Source: Mycobacteriales bacterium (lineage in GTDB: Bacteria > Actinomycetota > Actinomycetes > Mycobacteriales > SCTD01). From it: a stretch of 64,000 nucleotides of DNA. How positions within the stretch are numbered: position 1 is the first letter of the stretch; every line of letters begins with the position of its first letter. A model generated the notes under the pieces. That model was given only the letters and a program-made list of their open reading frames with translations, did no database searches and was not told the origin of the DNA. Where the stretch lies: NCBI GenBank assembly GCA_035526225.1, contig DATLCV010000088.1:4404-68403 (forward strand). The letters run 5' to 3'. Shown here in pieces: positions 1 through 13,491 of the stretch. A program made the position numbers and the translations under genes.

Positions 1-567
1 CGCGTACCAGCCGGGGATCGCGCAGCTGGCCATGACCGCGTCACGCAGCGCGCACTCCGGTGCGCCGGGGTGCCCGAACGCGACCCGTCGTCCCGTGTCG
101 TACTCCGCGGCGACCACCCAGGTCGCCGGGTGCGGAGCCCAACCGCCCTGCGGCAGCACGCCGTCCACCAGCCGTCCCAGTGCTTCCAGGGAGCCCCTTC
201 CCCTGGGGAGCACGGAGGCGAGCGCGCCCATCGGGGTCTTGGACCGCGGGTGCAGCGTCGTGTGCAGCACCCCGCGGGCGCTGCCGACGACCGGCCGCGG
301 CAGCGGCGGCAGCGCCCCGCCCGAGTCGCGATCCGGGTCGTAGGCGATGCGCGGGTCGACCACCTCACCCCGCTGGTGCGCGAGGAGCTCGTCCACCGTC
401 ACCCCGCACGCGAGCGCGGAGACCAGAACGGAGCCGGCCGACGTACCGATGAGCACGTCGGCACTCGCCGGATCCCACCCCAGGCCGTCGCGCACTGCGG
501 CCAGCGCGCCGATGGTCCAGGACGCGCCGAGCACTCCCCCGGCGCCGAGCACCAGGCCACGCCTCAC
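1..567 (-). CDS. patatin-like phospholipase (N-terminal part; gene runs off the left edge)
   Basis: My own minus-strand translation from GTG at 567 reads VRRGLVLGAGGVLGASWTIGAL...VLIGTSAGSV. That gives a GxGxxG loop plus a GxSxG (GTSAG) nucleophile elbow, as in the patatin family. It is absent from the ORF track because no stop lies in the window. Its GTG overlaps the stop of the upstream WS/DGAT gene (GTGA, 564-567). Confidence 0.8.
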   Translation of the reverse strand, partial: MRRGLVLGAGGVLGASWTIGALAAVRDGLGWDPASADVLIGTSAGSVLVSALACGVTVDELLAHQRGEVVDPRIAYDPDRDSGGALPPLPRPVVGSARGVLHTTLHPRSKTPMGALASVLPRGRGSLEALGRLVDGVLPQGGWAPHPATWVVAAEYDTGRRVAFGHPGAPECALRDAVMASCAIPGWYA

Positions 568-1952
568 GTGGTCCCGACCAGCTCGGCGAGGGACTCCTCG
601 ATGCAGCTCGCCAGCACGTCGACGTCGGCCAGCGCGTCCCGGTCGGCGTTGAGGCCGTAGTAGACGCCACCGTCGTACGACGTCAGGCCGATGGTCACGG
701 CCTGGCTCTTGGCGAGCGGGACCACGGGGTACATCGCGAGCATCCGGGCACCCGCTGCGTACAACGGGAACTGCGGGCCGGGCACGTTGGTGACGACGAG
801 GTTGAACAGCCGGCGCGTCAGGCCCGACATGGTGCGGGCCGCGAGCGCGTGGATCGTCGGCGGCGCGAAGCCGGACAGCTGCACCAAGGCGTCGGCCCCG
901 ACGGCGGAGCCGCTCTCCTTGTGCGCCTTCATGGCGTAGGAGACCTGGTGCAGCCGCACGACGGGGTTCTGCTCCCCCACGGGCAGGTCCACGAAGTACG
1001 ACGAGACGCGGTTGCCCAGGTCGCCCTTCTGGGAGTCCGAGCGCACGCTCACCGGGACCATCACCCGGACGGTGGTGGTGGGCGTGACCGTCTCCCCCCG
1101 GGTCAGCAGCCACGTGCGCAGCGCCCCCGACACGGTGGCGAGCACGACGTCGTTGACCGTGCCGCCGTGCGCCTTGCGGACACGCTTGTAGTCGTCGAGC
1201 GACGTAGCGGCCATCCCGAAGCGGCGCTGCTCACCGATGGGCACGTTGAGGGGCGTGTCGGGCGCCTGCTTCGCCATCGTCCGCATCTGCGCCAGCATGC
1301 CGCCGGCCACGGACACCACCTTGGTGGCGGTCTCCCGCACGTCCACGACTGCGGCGCGCACGGTGTCCAGGGCCCCGGTCGGCTTGGCGAGGAAGTCGGT
1401 GACCGCACCCGTCAGGAGACCGAGGCTGCTGGGCTCCTTGCTCGGGCTCCAGTCGTCGTCGGGCACGTCCCGAGGGGTCGGCTCGAGGTCGAGGATGACG
1501 GTGCCGATGTCGACCGCCGACACCCCGTCGACCATCGCGTGGTGCGTCTTGGTGATGATGGCGACCCGGCCGTTCTCGAGCCCCTCCACGAGGTAGATCT
1601 CCCACAGCGGCCGGTTGCGGTCGAGCTGGCGGCTCTGGAGCCTGCCGACGAGGTCACGCAGCTGCGCGTTCGTGCCCGGCTTGGGCAGTGCCGACCGCCG
1701 CACGTGGTAGGCCACGTCGAACTCGGGGTCGTCGACCCAGACAGGGTTGGCGAGGTGCCCGGGGACCCAGCGCACCTTCTGGCGGTACCTCGGCACGAGC
1801 CCGATGCGCTGGCTGATGAGCTGCACCAAGCGGTCGTAGTCGAAGCCGTCGTCGGGCGGCTCGAAGATCGCGACCCCTCCGACGTGCATCGCCGTCGTCG
1901 GCGTCTCCATGTACAGGAAGGAGACGTCCAGAGCACTGAGCCGGTCGGTCAC
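564..1952 (-). CDS. wax ester synthase / diacylglycerol O-acyltransferase (WS/DGAT)
   Basis: 462-aa ORF with the HHAMVDG (HHxxxDG) acyltransferase active-site motif. The N-terminus MTDRLSALDVSFLYMET is typical of the family. Confidence 0.93.
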   Translation of the reverse strand: MTDRLSALDVSFLYMETPTTAMHVGGVAIFEPPDDGFDYDRLVQLISQRIGLVPRYRQKVRWVPGHLANPVWVDDPEFDVAYHVRRSALPKPGTNAQLRDLVGRLQSRQLDRNRPLWEIYLVEGLENGRVAIITKTHHAMVDGVSAVDIGTVILDLEPTPRDVPDDDWSPSKEPSSLGLLTGAVTDFLAKPTGALDTVRAAVVDVRETATKVVSVAGGMLAQMRTMAKQAPDTPLNVPIGEQRRFGMAATSLDDYKRVRKAHGGTVNDVVLATVSGALRTWLLTRGETVTPTTTVRVMVPVSVRSDSQKGDLGNRVSSYFVDLPVGEQNPVVRLHQVSYAMKAHKESGSAVGADALVQLSGFAPPTIHALAARTMSGLTRRLFNLVVTNVPGPQFPLYAAGARMLAMYPVVPLAKSQAVTIGLTSYDGGVYYGLNADRDALADVDVLASCIEESLAELVGTT

Positions 1953-1992
1953 GTGATCACCTCACCGCGCATTGCAACACACGCGCGGCCAC

Positions 1993-2601
1993 TCAGGAGG
2001 AGCAGGGCGTCCGTGTCGGTGCCGGTACGACGGCGGCCCGGCTCGCCGCGGCAGCCGCGGCGGTGACCTCCGCCGAGGTGGCAAGACGCCGGAAGGCCGG
2101 GCCGAGGACGAGCTGGACGGTGCCGGCGGGTGCGGTCCCGGCCGCGCTGAGCTGGGCACCGGCGACGTGCCGGGCGAGCACGGTGGCTGCCCCGCGGGCG
2201 CCGACCGCGTACGTGACGACGGAGGGACCGGGTGCAGCGGCCGACGCGTTGTCAGTGCGGACGACGACGAAGCCGCGGGCCGTCAGCTGCCGCCCGACCG
2301 TCTCGGCGAGGGCGACCCTCGAGGTGCCGTTGAGGACTACTACTCGGACGGTCGAGGGCGCCGGCAGCGCCGCCGCGGACGGCGCGCTCGTCGCCGTGGA
2401 CGTGGCGGTGGGAGTGGGGCACGCGGTCGCCTGCTCCGCGGCGGGGCGGTCCCTGCGCACGAACCACGCAACCGCGACCGCGGCGAGCAGCACGACCACG
2501 ACGACCGCCGTCCGGCGGCTGCGGTAGCGGGCCCGGCGCGCGTATCCCCCGGCGTAGGCACGCCGGCGAGCCGGCACCAGGTCGCCATCGGGGATCCTCA
2601 C
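1993..2601 (-). CDS. LytR C-terminal domain-containing membrane protein
   Basis: ORF 1993..2742 trimmed to the in-frame GTG at 2601 (VRIPDGDLV...). It has an Arg-rich N-terminus, one TM (VVVVVLLAAVAVAWFV) and a C-terminal VRVVVLNGTSRVALAETVGRQLTARGFVV resembling the LytR_C signature. The start is uncertain. Confidence 0.6.
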   Translation of the reverse strand: MRIPDGDLVPARRRAYAGGYARRARYRSRRTAVVVVVLLAAVAVAWFVRRDRPAAEQATACPTPTATSTATSAPSAAALPAPSTVRVVVLNGTSRVALAETVGRQLTARGFVVVRTDNASAAAPGPSVVTYAVGARGAATVLARHVAGAQLSAAGTAPAGTVQLVLGPAFRRLATSAEVTAAAAAASRAAVVPAPTRTPCSS

Positions 2602-2719
2602 CCGGCAAGGGTAGGGGGCGGCGCCCGGGGCTCCGCACGCGCGTGGGAGGGTGCAGCCACTGCCGCGACCAGGCCTCCTCCGCAGGGTCGGGCCCCCGTC
2701 AGCGTCCCGAGAGGTGGTC

Positions 2720-3937
2720 ATGGACTTCGAGCCGTCGGACAAGGCGAAGGACTACCTGGGCCGTCTGCAGGCCTTCATGGACGAGCGGGTGTTCCCGGCC
2801 GAGGAGGCCTACGAGGCCTACCGCCGCGAGCGCGGTTACGGCGACCACACGCTCCCGCCCGTGGTGGAGGAGCTCAAGGCCGAGGCGCGGTCCCGCGGGC
2901 TGTGGAACCTGTTCCTGCCGGACGTGTCGGGGCTGTCGAACCTCGACTACGCCGTGCTGGCCGAGCTCACCGGCTGGTCGGTCCACATCGCCCCCGAGGC
3001 CATCAACTGCGCCGCGCCCGACACCGGGAACATGGAGGTGCTGCACATGTTCGGCACCGCCGAGCAGAAGGCGCAGTGGCTGCAGCCCCTCCTGGAGGGC
3101 CAGATCCGCTCGGCGTTCGCGATGACCGAGCCCGACGTCGCGTCCTCGGATGCCACGAACATCGCCACGCGGATCGAGCGGGACGGCTCCGGGGAGAACG
3201 CCGACTACGTCATCAACGGCCGCAAGTGGTGGACCACGGGCATCAACGACCCGCGCTGCCGGATCATGATCGTGATGGGCAAGACCGACCCCTCCGCATC
3301 GATCCACCGCCAGCAGTCGATGATCCTCGTCCCCGTCGACACCCCCGGCGTCGAGGTCGTCCGTGCCCTCCCCGTCTTCGGTTACCAGGACCAGCACGGC
3401 CACGGTGAGGTGCGCTTCACCGACGTCCGGGTGCCCGCGGGCAACCTCATCGCGCAGGAGGGCGACGGCTTCATGGTCGCCCAGGCCCGGCTCGGCCCCG
3501 GTCGCATCCACCACTGCATGCGCTCGCTGGGCATCGCCGAGCGCGCGCTGAAGCTGATGTGCGAGCGCGCCGTGTCACGGGTCGCGTTCGGCAAGGAGCT
3601 GGCGCGTCAGGGCGTCGTCCAGACCGCGATCGCCGAGTCGCGCATGGAGATCGAGCAGGCTCGCCTGCTCACCCTCAAAGCCGCCTGGATGATCGACAAC
3701 GTCGGTGCCCGTGGTGCGCGCACCGAGATCGCCGCCATCAAGGTGATCGCCCCGCGCATCGCCCTCAACGTCCTCGACCGCGCCATCCAGGTGCACGGCG
3801 GCGCCGGCGTCTCGGACGACTTCCCGCTCGCCGCGATGTGGGCCGGGATGCGCACCCTGCGCCTCGCCGACGGCCCCGACGAGGTGCACACGATGACGGT
3901 GGCCCGCCAGGAGCTGGGCAAGTACCTGCCGCGCTGA
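2720..3937 (+). CDS. acyl-CoA dehydrogenase family protein
   Basis: ATG at 2720 is preceded by GAGAGGTGG. The protein reads [26 protein letters not shown]... and ends with ...[35 protein letters not shown], typical of the ACAD C-terminal domain. Confidence 0.9.
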   Translation: MDFEPSDKAKDYLGRLQAFMDERVFPAEEAYEAYRRERGYGDHTLPPVVEELKAEARSRGLWNLFLPDVSGLSNLDYAVLAELTGWSVHIAPEAINCAAPDTGNMEVLHMFGTAEQKAQWLQPLLEGQIRSAFAMTEPDVASSDATNIATRIERDGSGENADYVINGRKWWTTGINDPRCRIMIVMGKTDPSASIHRQQSMILVPVDTPGVEVVRALPVFGYQDQHGHGEVRFTDVRVPAGNLIAQEGDGFMVAQARLGPGRIHHCMRSLGIAERALKLMCERAVSRVAFGKELARQGVVQTAIAESRMEIEQARLLTLKAAWMIDNVGARGARTEIAAIKVIAPRIALNVLDRAIQVHGGAGVSDDFPLAAMWAGMRTLRLADGPDEVHTMTVARQELGKYLPR

Positions 3938-3940
3938 CCG

Positions 3941-5179
3941 TCAGTCGCGCCGGCTCCCCACCAGCTCGGCAGCCAGCCGCTCGAGCCCCCGGCGCAGCGG
4001 CGAGTCAGGCGCAGCCTGCGTGAGCAGCCGGCCCCGGGACAGCGCGAGATCTGCGGCCTCACCGTCCCACGGCAGGCAGGCGACCGGCTCCGCGCCCGTC
4101 AGCCGGCACAGCGTCGCGCGCACCTCCCCCTCGGTCGCGGCCGTGCCGCGCAGCCGGTTGACGACCACGGCGGTGCGGGCTTCGGGGACAGCGTCGTGCA
4201 GCTCCCCGAGCGCGGTGGCGAGCCGGCGCAGCCCGACCCGGTCGGCGCTGCCCACCACGACGACCAGGTCGGCCAGGGCGAGCACAGCCAGGGTCGCGCC
4301 GTTCCGCCGCGGGGCGAGGGTGTCGTAGGAGAGCTCCTCGTCCTGCTCGAGGGAGAAGCCGCAGTCGACCAGGGTGACGGCGGCCCGGGTCCGGGCCAGC
4401 TCGAGCACCACCTCGACCGCCGTCGGTCGCAGCTCTGGCCAGCGCTCCGCGCGGTCGATCCCGGTGAGCAGCGACAGCTCCGGGGCCACCTCCACGACCA
4501 GTCCCTCGAGCGTCGACAGGTCGAGCGCACCCACGTTCGCGGCTCGGCAGGCCGCAGCGAGCCCCGCGGTCTCGTCGGGGGCGCCGACCGCGAGGGCCAA
4601 GCTGCCGCCGTACACATCGGCGTCCACCAGGAGCGACGGCCATCCCTGCACGGCGAGCTCGGCAGCGAGCCCGGCGGCGACGGTCGAGCGCCCCGGGGCG
4701 CCGGTGGGTCCCCACACGGCGACCACCCGTCCCCGGGCGGAGGGGGCGCGACGCCGCACGGGGCGTTCCGCCGAAGCCGAGGCGTGCGCGAACCCGGCCG
4801 TCGAGAGCGAGCGGGCGCCGGCGAGCGCGTGCCGCACCGCTGCCTCCAGCCCCAGCGCCTCGGGCGGCCGCGGGAGCAGCGCGTCGACACCCAGCAGGCG
4901 CAGCCGCTGGTCACCGGGCTCGTCGACCGCGAGCCCGACGGCCGCCACGCCCAGCGCCGCCAACCGGGCAAGCGCATCCCGGTCCAGCCGCGCGACGCAC
5001 GGCGAGACGACGGCCGCCTCGGCCACACCCGTCGCCGCGGTGACGAGGAGGTCCTCCAGGTCCTCGCAGGGGTGCAGGACGCAGGTCCCGGCGCGCTCGA
5101 CGCTGCTCAACAGCTGCCTCCCGAGCGCCCGTTCCGCCTCGCCGTCGCCGAGCACCAGCAGCACCCGCCGCCCCGTCAT
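3941..5179 (-). CDS. CpaE/Ssd-like ParA/MinD-superfamily P-loop protein with receiver-like N-domain and degenerate Walker A
   Basis: ATG at 5179 has AGGAGG 7 nt upstream (caggaggctgtggATG). The MinD-like core reads VAVWGPTGAPGRSTVAAGLAAELA...LLVDADVYGGSL, followed by a later VVVNRLRG block. The N-terminal ~110 aa look like a pseudo-receiver domain. Confidence 0.75.
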   Translation of the reverse strand: MTGRRVLLVLGDGEAERALGRQLLSSVERAGTCVLHPCEDLEDLLVTAATGVAEAAVVSPCVARLDRDALARLAALGVAAVGLAVDEPGDQRLRLLGVDALLPRPPEALGLEAAVRHALAGARSLSTAGFAHASASAERPVRRRAPSARGRVVAVWGPTGAPGRSTVAAGLAAELAVQGWPSLLVDADVYGGSLALAVGAPDETAGLAAACRAANVGALDLSTLEGLVVEVAPELSLLTGIDRAERWPELRPTAVEVVLELARTRAAVTLVDCGFSLEQDEELSYDTLAPRRNGATLAVLALADLVVVVGSADRVGLRRLATALGELHDAVPEARTAVVVNRLRGTAATEGEVRATLCRLTGAEPVACLPWDGEAADLALSRGRLLTQAAPDSPLRRGLERLAAELVGSRRD

Positions 5180-5318
5180 CCACAGCCTCCTGTCACACCG
5201 TTGCGGCGTGCTGGGCATTGTGTCCTGACGGCGGTGCCCACCGGCGGGGCCGAACGGAGCATCCTGAGACCACGTAACGGTGGCAAACTGGGTCAACCGA
5301 GCACGAGAGGAGTCACCC

Positions 5319-5549
5319 GTGGCACAGCCGAGGTTCCTCACCCTCACTGACGTCGGCGAGGTCCTGAACATCTCCTCCGCGCAGACCTACGCCCTCGTCC
5401 GGAGCGGTGCACTGCGCGCGATCAAGGTGGGCGGGCGCGGCCAGTGGCGGGTCGAGTCGACCGAGCTGGAGGCTTACATCACCCGGTGCTACGAGGAGAC
5501 GGCAACTCTGCTCGCGTCGCAGCCGCTCGAGACCGCGTTGGACGACTAG
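5319..5549 (+). CDS. helix-turn-helix (excisionase/MerR-like HTH_17) DNA-binding protein
   Basis: GTG at 5319 follows GAGAGGAG. LTLTDVGEVLNISSAQTYALVRSGALRAIKVGGRGQWRV is the classic excisionase-family HTH plus wing. It is divergent from the ParA-like gene. Confidence 0.75.
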   Translation: MAQPRFLTLTDVGEVLNISSAQTYALVRSGALRAIKVGGRGQWRVESTELEAYITRCYEETATLLASQPLETALDD

Positions 5550-6103
5550 GGCTCCACCCGCACGAGAGCGAGCGCACCGAGGGGCACCAGCAGGACCTGC
5601 CGCACGGCCTTGGCCCGGCGGGCCTCATCGGTCGCGTGCTGCGCCAGGTCCACGTGGTCGGCCGCGACGCGGTCCAAGGTGCCGGCGACGCGAGTGCCGT
5701 CGACGAGCACCAGCTCCACAGCCGCCCGGTCCCGCACGAGTCGGCGCAGCGCGTAACGGAGGTCGAGGCGCTGCTCCACCTCGCCCTCGCTGCCCGGCAG
5801 GTCACTGCGTACGCCCACTCCTGACAGGGCGAGCACCTCGCGCAGGGGTACGAGTGCCGCGCGACCGTCGGGCTGCTCGAGCAGGAGCCAGTCGGCCCCC
5901 ACGTCTGCCAGGAGACCCGTGAGCGCGCCGGCGCCTCGGAGCCGCAGCACGAGGGTCGTGCCGACGGCAGCACGGAGGCGGTCGACGACCCTGAGCCGGC
6001 CGAGCTCGCGACGGGTCCGCTCGGCGACCTCTGCTGCTACCCCGGCGGCCTCGACGGCGTCTGCCTGGCCCTCCAGGTCCGCGAACAGCTCCTCCCAGCG
6101 CAC
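5546..6103 (-). CDS. conserved hypothetical protein
   Basis: The coding-like part of ORF 5546..6487 begins around VRWEELFADLEGQADAVEAAG. Upstream of that the ORF becomes low-complexity Ser/Gly/Arg. I chose GTG at 6103, which has a weak RBS. The stop overlaps the convergent HTH gene stop (CTAG, 5546-5549). Confidence 0.5.
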   Translation of the reverse strand: MRWEELFADLEGQADAVEAAGVAAEVAERTRRELGRLRVVDRLRAAVGTTLVLRLRGAGALTGLLADVGADWLLLEQPDGRAALVPLREVLALSGVGVRSDLPGSEGEVEQRLDLRYALRRLVRDRAAVELVLVDGTRVAGTLDRVAADHVDLAQHATDEARRAKAVRQVLLVPLGALALVRVEP

Positions 6104-6215
6104 CCCGACAGCCTGCCGGGCACGGCCACGCTCCGCAATGGTCTCTTGACTGTGAGTAACTGACGTTGTAGACAACAAACCACGGCAAACAACCTCAAAC
6201 GCATAGGAGCGCTTC
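6104..6215. promoter_or_regulatory. AT-enriched divergent promoter region (candidate TTGACT-N17-TAGACA on the plus strand at 6146-6174)
   Basis: A clear local GC drop (ctcttgactgtgagtaactgacgttgtagacaacaaaccacggcaaacaacctcaaacgcat) lies between two divergent genes. The -10 candidate lacks the conserved final T, so the assignment is weak. Confidence 0.3.
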
Positions 6216-6734
6216 GTGAGCCTCGCCCTGGACCTGCCGCTCGTCCGTCCGGTCCCGACGCTGCGGGTCCTCCCGGCTCCGCCCTGCGCACCGCCGTACG
6301 ACGACGACGCGGGCGGCACACCGCTGCTGCGTCTCGTCGCCACGCCACCGGAGCCGTTCGAGCTCGACGAGAGCGCCTGGTTCACCGAGGACCGCACGCC
6401 CACCGCCGAGCTGCCTGAGGCCCGCGCGGTGAGCTGGTTGCTGCTGCAGGGGCTCGTCGAGGTCCTGGCCGGAGCCCGGCCGCTCACCCAGCTCAGGCTG
6501 CAGCTCGACGTCGAGCTCTACGCCGAGCTGGCCGAGCGCCTGCAGGGCGGGCGTCACGACCGCGGCGGACGACCCGACCCGCGCTGCGTGGGTCGTGTCC
6601 ACACGCAAGAGCGCCCGGAGGGCGTCGCCGAGGTGTGCGCCGTCGTGCGCCGGGCTGGTCGTCTGGTCGCCGTCGCGATGCGCCTCGAGGGCCACTGCGG
6701 CCGCTGGGTCTGCACTGCGCTCGAAGGGCTCTAG
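6216..6734 (+). CDS. Rv3235-family protein
   Basis: GTG at 6216 follows AGGAG. The motifs LLLQGLVEVLAGARPLTQL...VGRVHTQERPEGVAEVCAVVRRAGRLVAVAMRLEGHCGRWVCTALE match my memory of the Rv3235 family, which is usually found near secA. Confidence 0.7.
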   Translation: MSLALDLPLVRPVPTLRVLPAPPCAPPYDDDAGGTPLLRLVATPPEPFELDESAWFTEDRTPTAELPEARAVSWLLLQGLVEVLAGARPLTQLRLQLDVELYAELAERLQGGRHDRGGRPDPRCVGRVHTQERPEGVAEVCAVVRRAGRLVAVAMRLEGHCGRWVCTALEGL

Positions 6735-6777
6735 CCCTCCGGGCAGGAGGCCCGCGGCGCGCGGCGAAGTCCCCCTC

Positions 6778-8325
6778 ATGAGGCGCACCGCCCTGCTGCT
6801 CGCTGCCCTGCTCGCCCTGCCGTGGTCGCCGTCGCAGGCCGCGCCGACCCCGGTCACCACAGTGGGCTCCCCTTCGGTGCCTGGCACCATCCGGGGGTTC
6901 CAGCTGGTCGGGCACACCGACCTCGGCAACCGCGGCATGAACAGCCCGCTCGCCGTCGCGGGCCGGTGCGCGTACGTCGGTGACCGCTCCTACGCCGGGC
7001 GACCCCGACCGGGAGCAGGCATCGCGATCGTCGACGTCAGCCGACCGTCCAGGCCCACCCGTGTCGGCACCATCCCCGCCCGGCCCGACACCACGCAGCG
7101 GGAGCTGCGGGCCGACCTGGGCCTGGGCCTGCTCGTCGTGGAGGACTACAGCGGCAACACCGGCGGCAACCAGCCCCTCCAGGACTACAGCGGCAACGAC
7201 CTGCAGGTCTACGACATCAGCCGCGACTGCCGCCGCCCCAGGCTGCTCAGCACCTACGACTTCGGGCCGCGCTCACCCCACGAGTTCTTCCTGTGGAAGG
7301 ACGCCAAGCACCCGGGCCGGGTCCTCGCGTACGTCACGACCACGATCTACGGGCCCGACCTCAACGTCATCGACCTGACCGACCCGTCAGCTCCCCGCCT
7401 CGTCGCGGTGTACACGGCACCGCAGCAGGTGGCCTCCGGGCTCAACGACACCGTCCGGGTCAACAACCCCACCGCGTCGCAGCCGGCGTCGTACATGCAC
7501 TCGATCGCGGTCTCGGACGACGGCACTCGCGCCTACGTCGGCGGGTGGGACTACGGCGCCTACGTGCTCGACACGAGCGGCCTCGCGGACCCCGACGGGA
7601 TCCCGGTGATGCGACCGCTCGGGCTGCTGCCGCTCGACTACGGCGCCAACGTGCACGGCACGGTCCCGGTCCCGGGCAAGCCGTACGCCGTGATGGTGCA
7701 GGAGGAGTACGCCAACGCCGGACGCGGCTGCCCGTTCGGCTGGCTGCGGATGGCGGACCTCACGGACCCGGCCGCCCCCACCCTCGCCGGCGGGTACAAG
7801 ATCCCGGAGAACGACTGCGCCCGTGCCAAGGCTGCGAACGGCACCTTCACGGCGCACAACCAGACCACGTTCCCGTCCGTCACCCTGCTCACCTGGTACA
7901 GCGGCGGGCTGCGGGCCGTCGACACCACGAACCCCTACCGGCCGGTGGAGACGGGGGTGTTCGTGCCGCGGGCGACGCAGGACCCGCCGCTCGAGCGCGA
8001 CACACGCCTGTTCTTCCCCGGCAGCGGCGTCGAGCGCCGTACCGGGGCGATGTGGAGCTACCCCGTGGTGCAGGACGGTCTCGTCTACGTGGTCGACATC
8101 GACCTGGGGCTGTACGTCCTGCGCTACACCGGGAAGCACGCAGCGCAGGTACGGCGGGCGGCGTTCGTCGAGGGCAACTCCTCGCCCTCGCGGTACAGCC
8201 GTGCGGCCCGCGTCATCCGCCGGCCGGCGCCGCTCGCGCCCCGGCCGGCCGTCGTGGTGCACGACCCGCTGCCCCTGCGGATGCCGCTCGCCCACAGCGA
8301 GCGGCACTGGACCTGGGTCTGCTGA
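6778..8325 (+). CDS. secreted beta-propeller-like protein (LVIVD-repeat-like)
   Basis: ATG at 6778 gives the signal peptide MRRTALLLAALLALPWSPSQA-AP. Short strands recur: GIAIVDVS, LQVYDIS, LNVIDLT, AYVLDTS, VYVVDIDLGLYVL. Confidence 0.6.
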   Translation: MRRTALLLAALLALPWSPSQAAPTPVTTVGSPSVPGTIRGFQLVGHTDLGNRGMNSPLAVAGRCAYVGDRSYAGRPRPGAGIAIVDVSRPSRPTRVGTIPARPDTTQRELRADLGLGLLVVEDYSGNTGGNQPLQDYSGNDLQVYDISRDCRRPRLLSTYDFGPRSPHEFFLWKDAKHPGRVLAYVTTTIYGPDLNVIDLTDPSAPRLVAVYTAPQQVASGLNDTVRVNNPTASQPASYMHSIAVSDDGTRAYVGGWDYGAYVLDTSGLADPDGIPVMRPLGLLPLDYGANVHGTVPVPGKPYAVMVQEEYANAGRGCPFGWLRMADLTDPAAPTLAGGYKIPENDCARAKAANGTFTAHNQTTFPSVTLLTWYSGGLRAVDTTNPYRPVETGVFVPRATQDPPLERDTRLFFPGSGVERRTGAMWSYPVVQDGLVYVVDIDLGLYVLRYTGKHAAQVRRAAFVEGNSSPSRYSRAARVIRRPAPLAPRPAVVVHDPLPLRMPLAHSERHWTWVC

Positions 8326-8326
8326 C

Positions 8327-11488
<3,162 letters not shown>

Positions 11489-11582
11489 GCTCGTTCGACT
11501 CCCTCATCGTCCGTTGCGCCTGAGCCTAGGCCTTGGACCCGGAACACGCCGCTGCCCAGCCGCGCTCTGGCACGCTGAGGCC

Positions 11583-12710
11583 ATGGAGCCCGTCGAGATC
11601 ACCGCAGGGCGGTTGCACCTGCGTCCCTGGACGGCGTACGACGAGGACGCCCTGGTGGACCTGTTCAGCGACCCGCTGTCGGCCGCGTGGACACCCGCGC
11701 CCGTCCCCTTCACGGCGGAGGAGGCCAGGCGGCGGCTGACCGAGCAGTACCCGCAGATGTGGGACAGCGGCGCGGGCGCGCCGTTCGCGGTGCTCGACGC
11801 GGTGAGCGGCCAGGTCCTCGCCTGGGTGGCCCTGTTCGGGATCACCGAGGGCAGCGCCGAGGTCGGGTGGGCCACCGCCCCCGCGGCCCGCGGTCGCGCT
11901 GTGGCGTCGGACGCCGTGACGGCCCTGTGCGGCTGGGGCTTCGGCGCGCTGGGGCTGCGCCGCGTCGAGGCCGTCATCGCGGTGGGGAACTGGGTGTCGC
12001 TGTCCGTCGCGCAGAAGTGCGGCTTCACCAGGGAGGGCGTCCGGCGGCGCGGCATGACCCGACGCGGCGAGGTCCTCGACGCGTGGGTCACCTCGCTGCT
12101 GAGCGTGGACGACATCATCGACCGGCGCCCGCTCCCGCCCCCGCCGGTGCTGAGCGACGGGGTGGTCACGCTGCGGGCCTACCGCGAGCAGGACGCCGTC
12201 GACGTCGCGCGGGCCTGCGACGACCCGGTGACGGCCCGCTGGCTGCCCGTTCCGGTGCCGTACACCCACGACGACGGCGTGTCCTACGTCAGCACGATCG
12301 CGCCTGCCGGCTGGGCCGACGGCACCTCAGCCACGCTTGCGGTGACGGACGCCGCGGACGGCAGCTTCGTCGGCGACATCAGCCTCAAGCTGCCGCACCG
12401 GTCGCCGCTGCGCTTCGGCGAGATCGGCTACTGGACCGCGCCCTGGGCCCGGGGCCGCGGGGTGGCCGCCCGGGCCACCGCGCTGCTGGCTCGCTGGGGG
12501 CTGGAGGAGCTCGCCCTGAACAGGGTCGAGCTCTTCGCCGACGTGGAGAACACCGCGTCGCAGCGGGCCGCGGAGAAGGCCGGCTTCGTCCGCGAGGGCG
12601 TCGCCCGGCAGGCGCGTCCCGACCGGCACGGCACCGGCCACGACATGGCGCTCTACGGCCTCACCGCTGCTGATCTCACCGCTGGGTACGTCGGGCGCTC
12701 GCTCGGGTGA
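11583..12710 (+). CDS. tandem (two-domain) GNAT N-acetyltransferase, RimJ/RimL-like
   Basis: ATG at 11583 (MEPVEITAGRLHLRPW). There are two repeats of the RimJ-like pattern (L.LRP....D...V and a later NxxSxxVAEKxGFxxEG): NWVSLSVAQKCGFTREG and NTASQRAAEKAGFVREG. Confidence 0.8.
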   Translation: MEPVEITAGRLHLRPWTAYDEDALVDLFSDPLSAAWTPAPVPFTAEEARRRLTEQYPQMWDSGAGAPFAVLDAVSGQVLAWVALFGITEGSAEVGWATAPAARGRAVASDAVTALCGWGFGALGLRRVEAVIAVGNWVSLSVAQKCGFTREGVRRRGMTRRGEVLDAWVTSLLSVDDIIDRRPLPPPPVLSDGVVTLRAYREQDAVDVARACDDPVTARWLPVPVPYTHDDGVSYVSTIAPAGWADGTSATLAVTDAADGSFVGDISLKLPHRSPLRFGEIGYWTAPWARGRGVAARATALLARWGLEELALNRVELFADVENTASQRAAEKAGFVREGVARQARPDRHGTGHDMALYGLTAADLTAGYVGRSLG

Positions 12711-12719
12711 GCAGGTCGC

Positions 12720-13424
<705 letters not shown>

Positions 13425-13491
13425 GTGATCCTCCAGGGCGGGGCTCGGTGCCGGCGACGTGCGGATCGATGATGGCACGCCGCGGCATGGA

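Noticed and set aside
5180-5318. 6C small RNA near the Ssd/CpaE-like gene; tRNA genes anywhere in the window
   Set aside because: There is no pair of hairpins with C-rich (CCCCCC) loops here or at the other C/G runs (40485-40490, 52655-52660, 55151-55156). No T-loop GGTTCGAATCC-like sequence was seen in the window.
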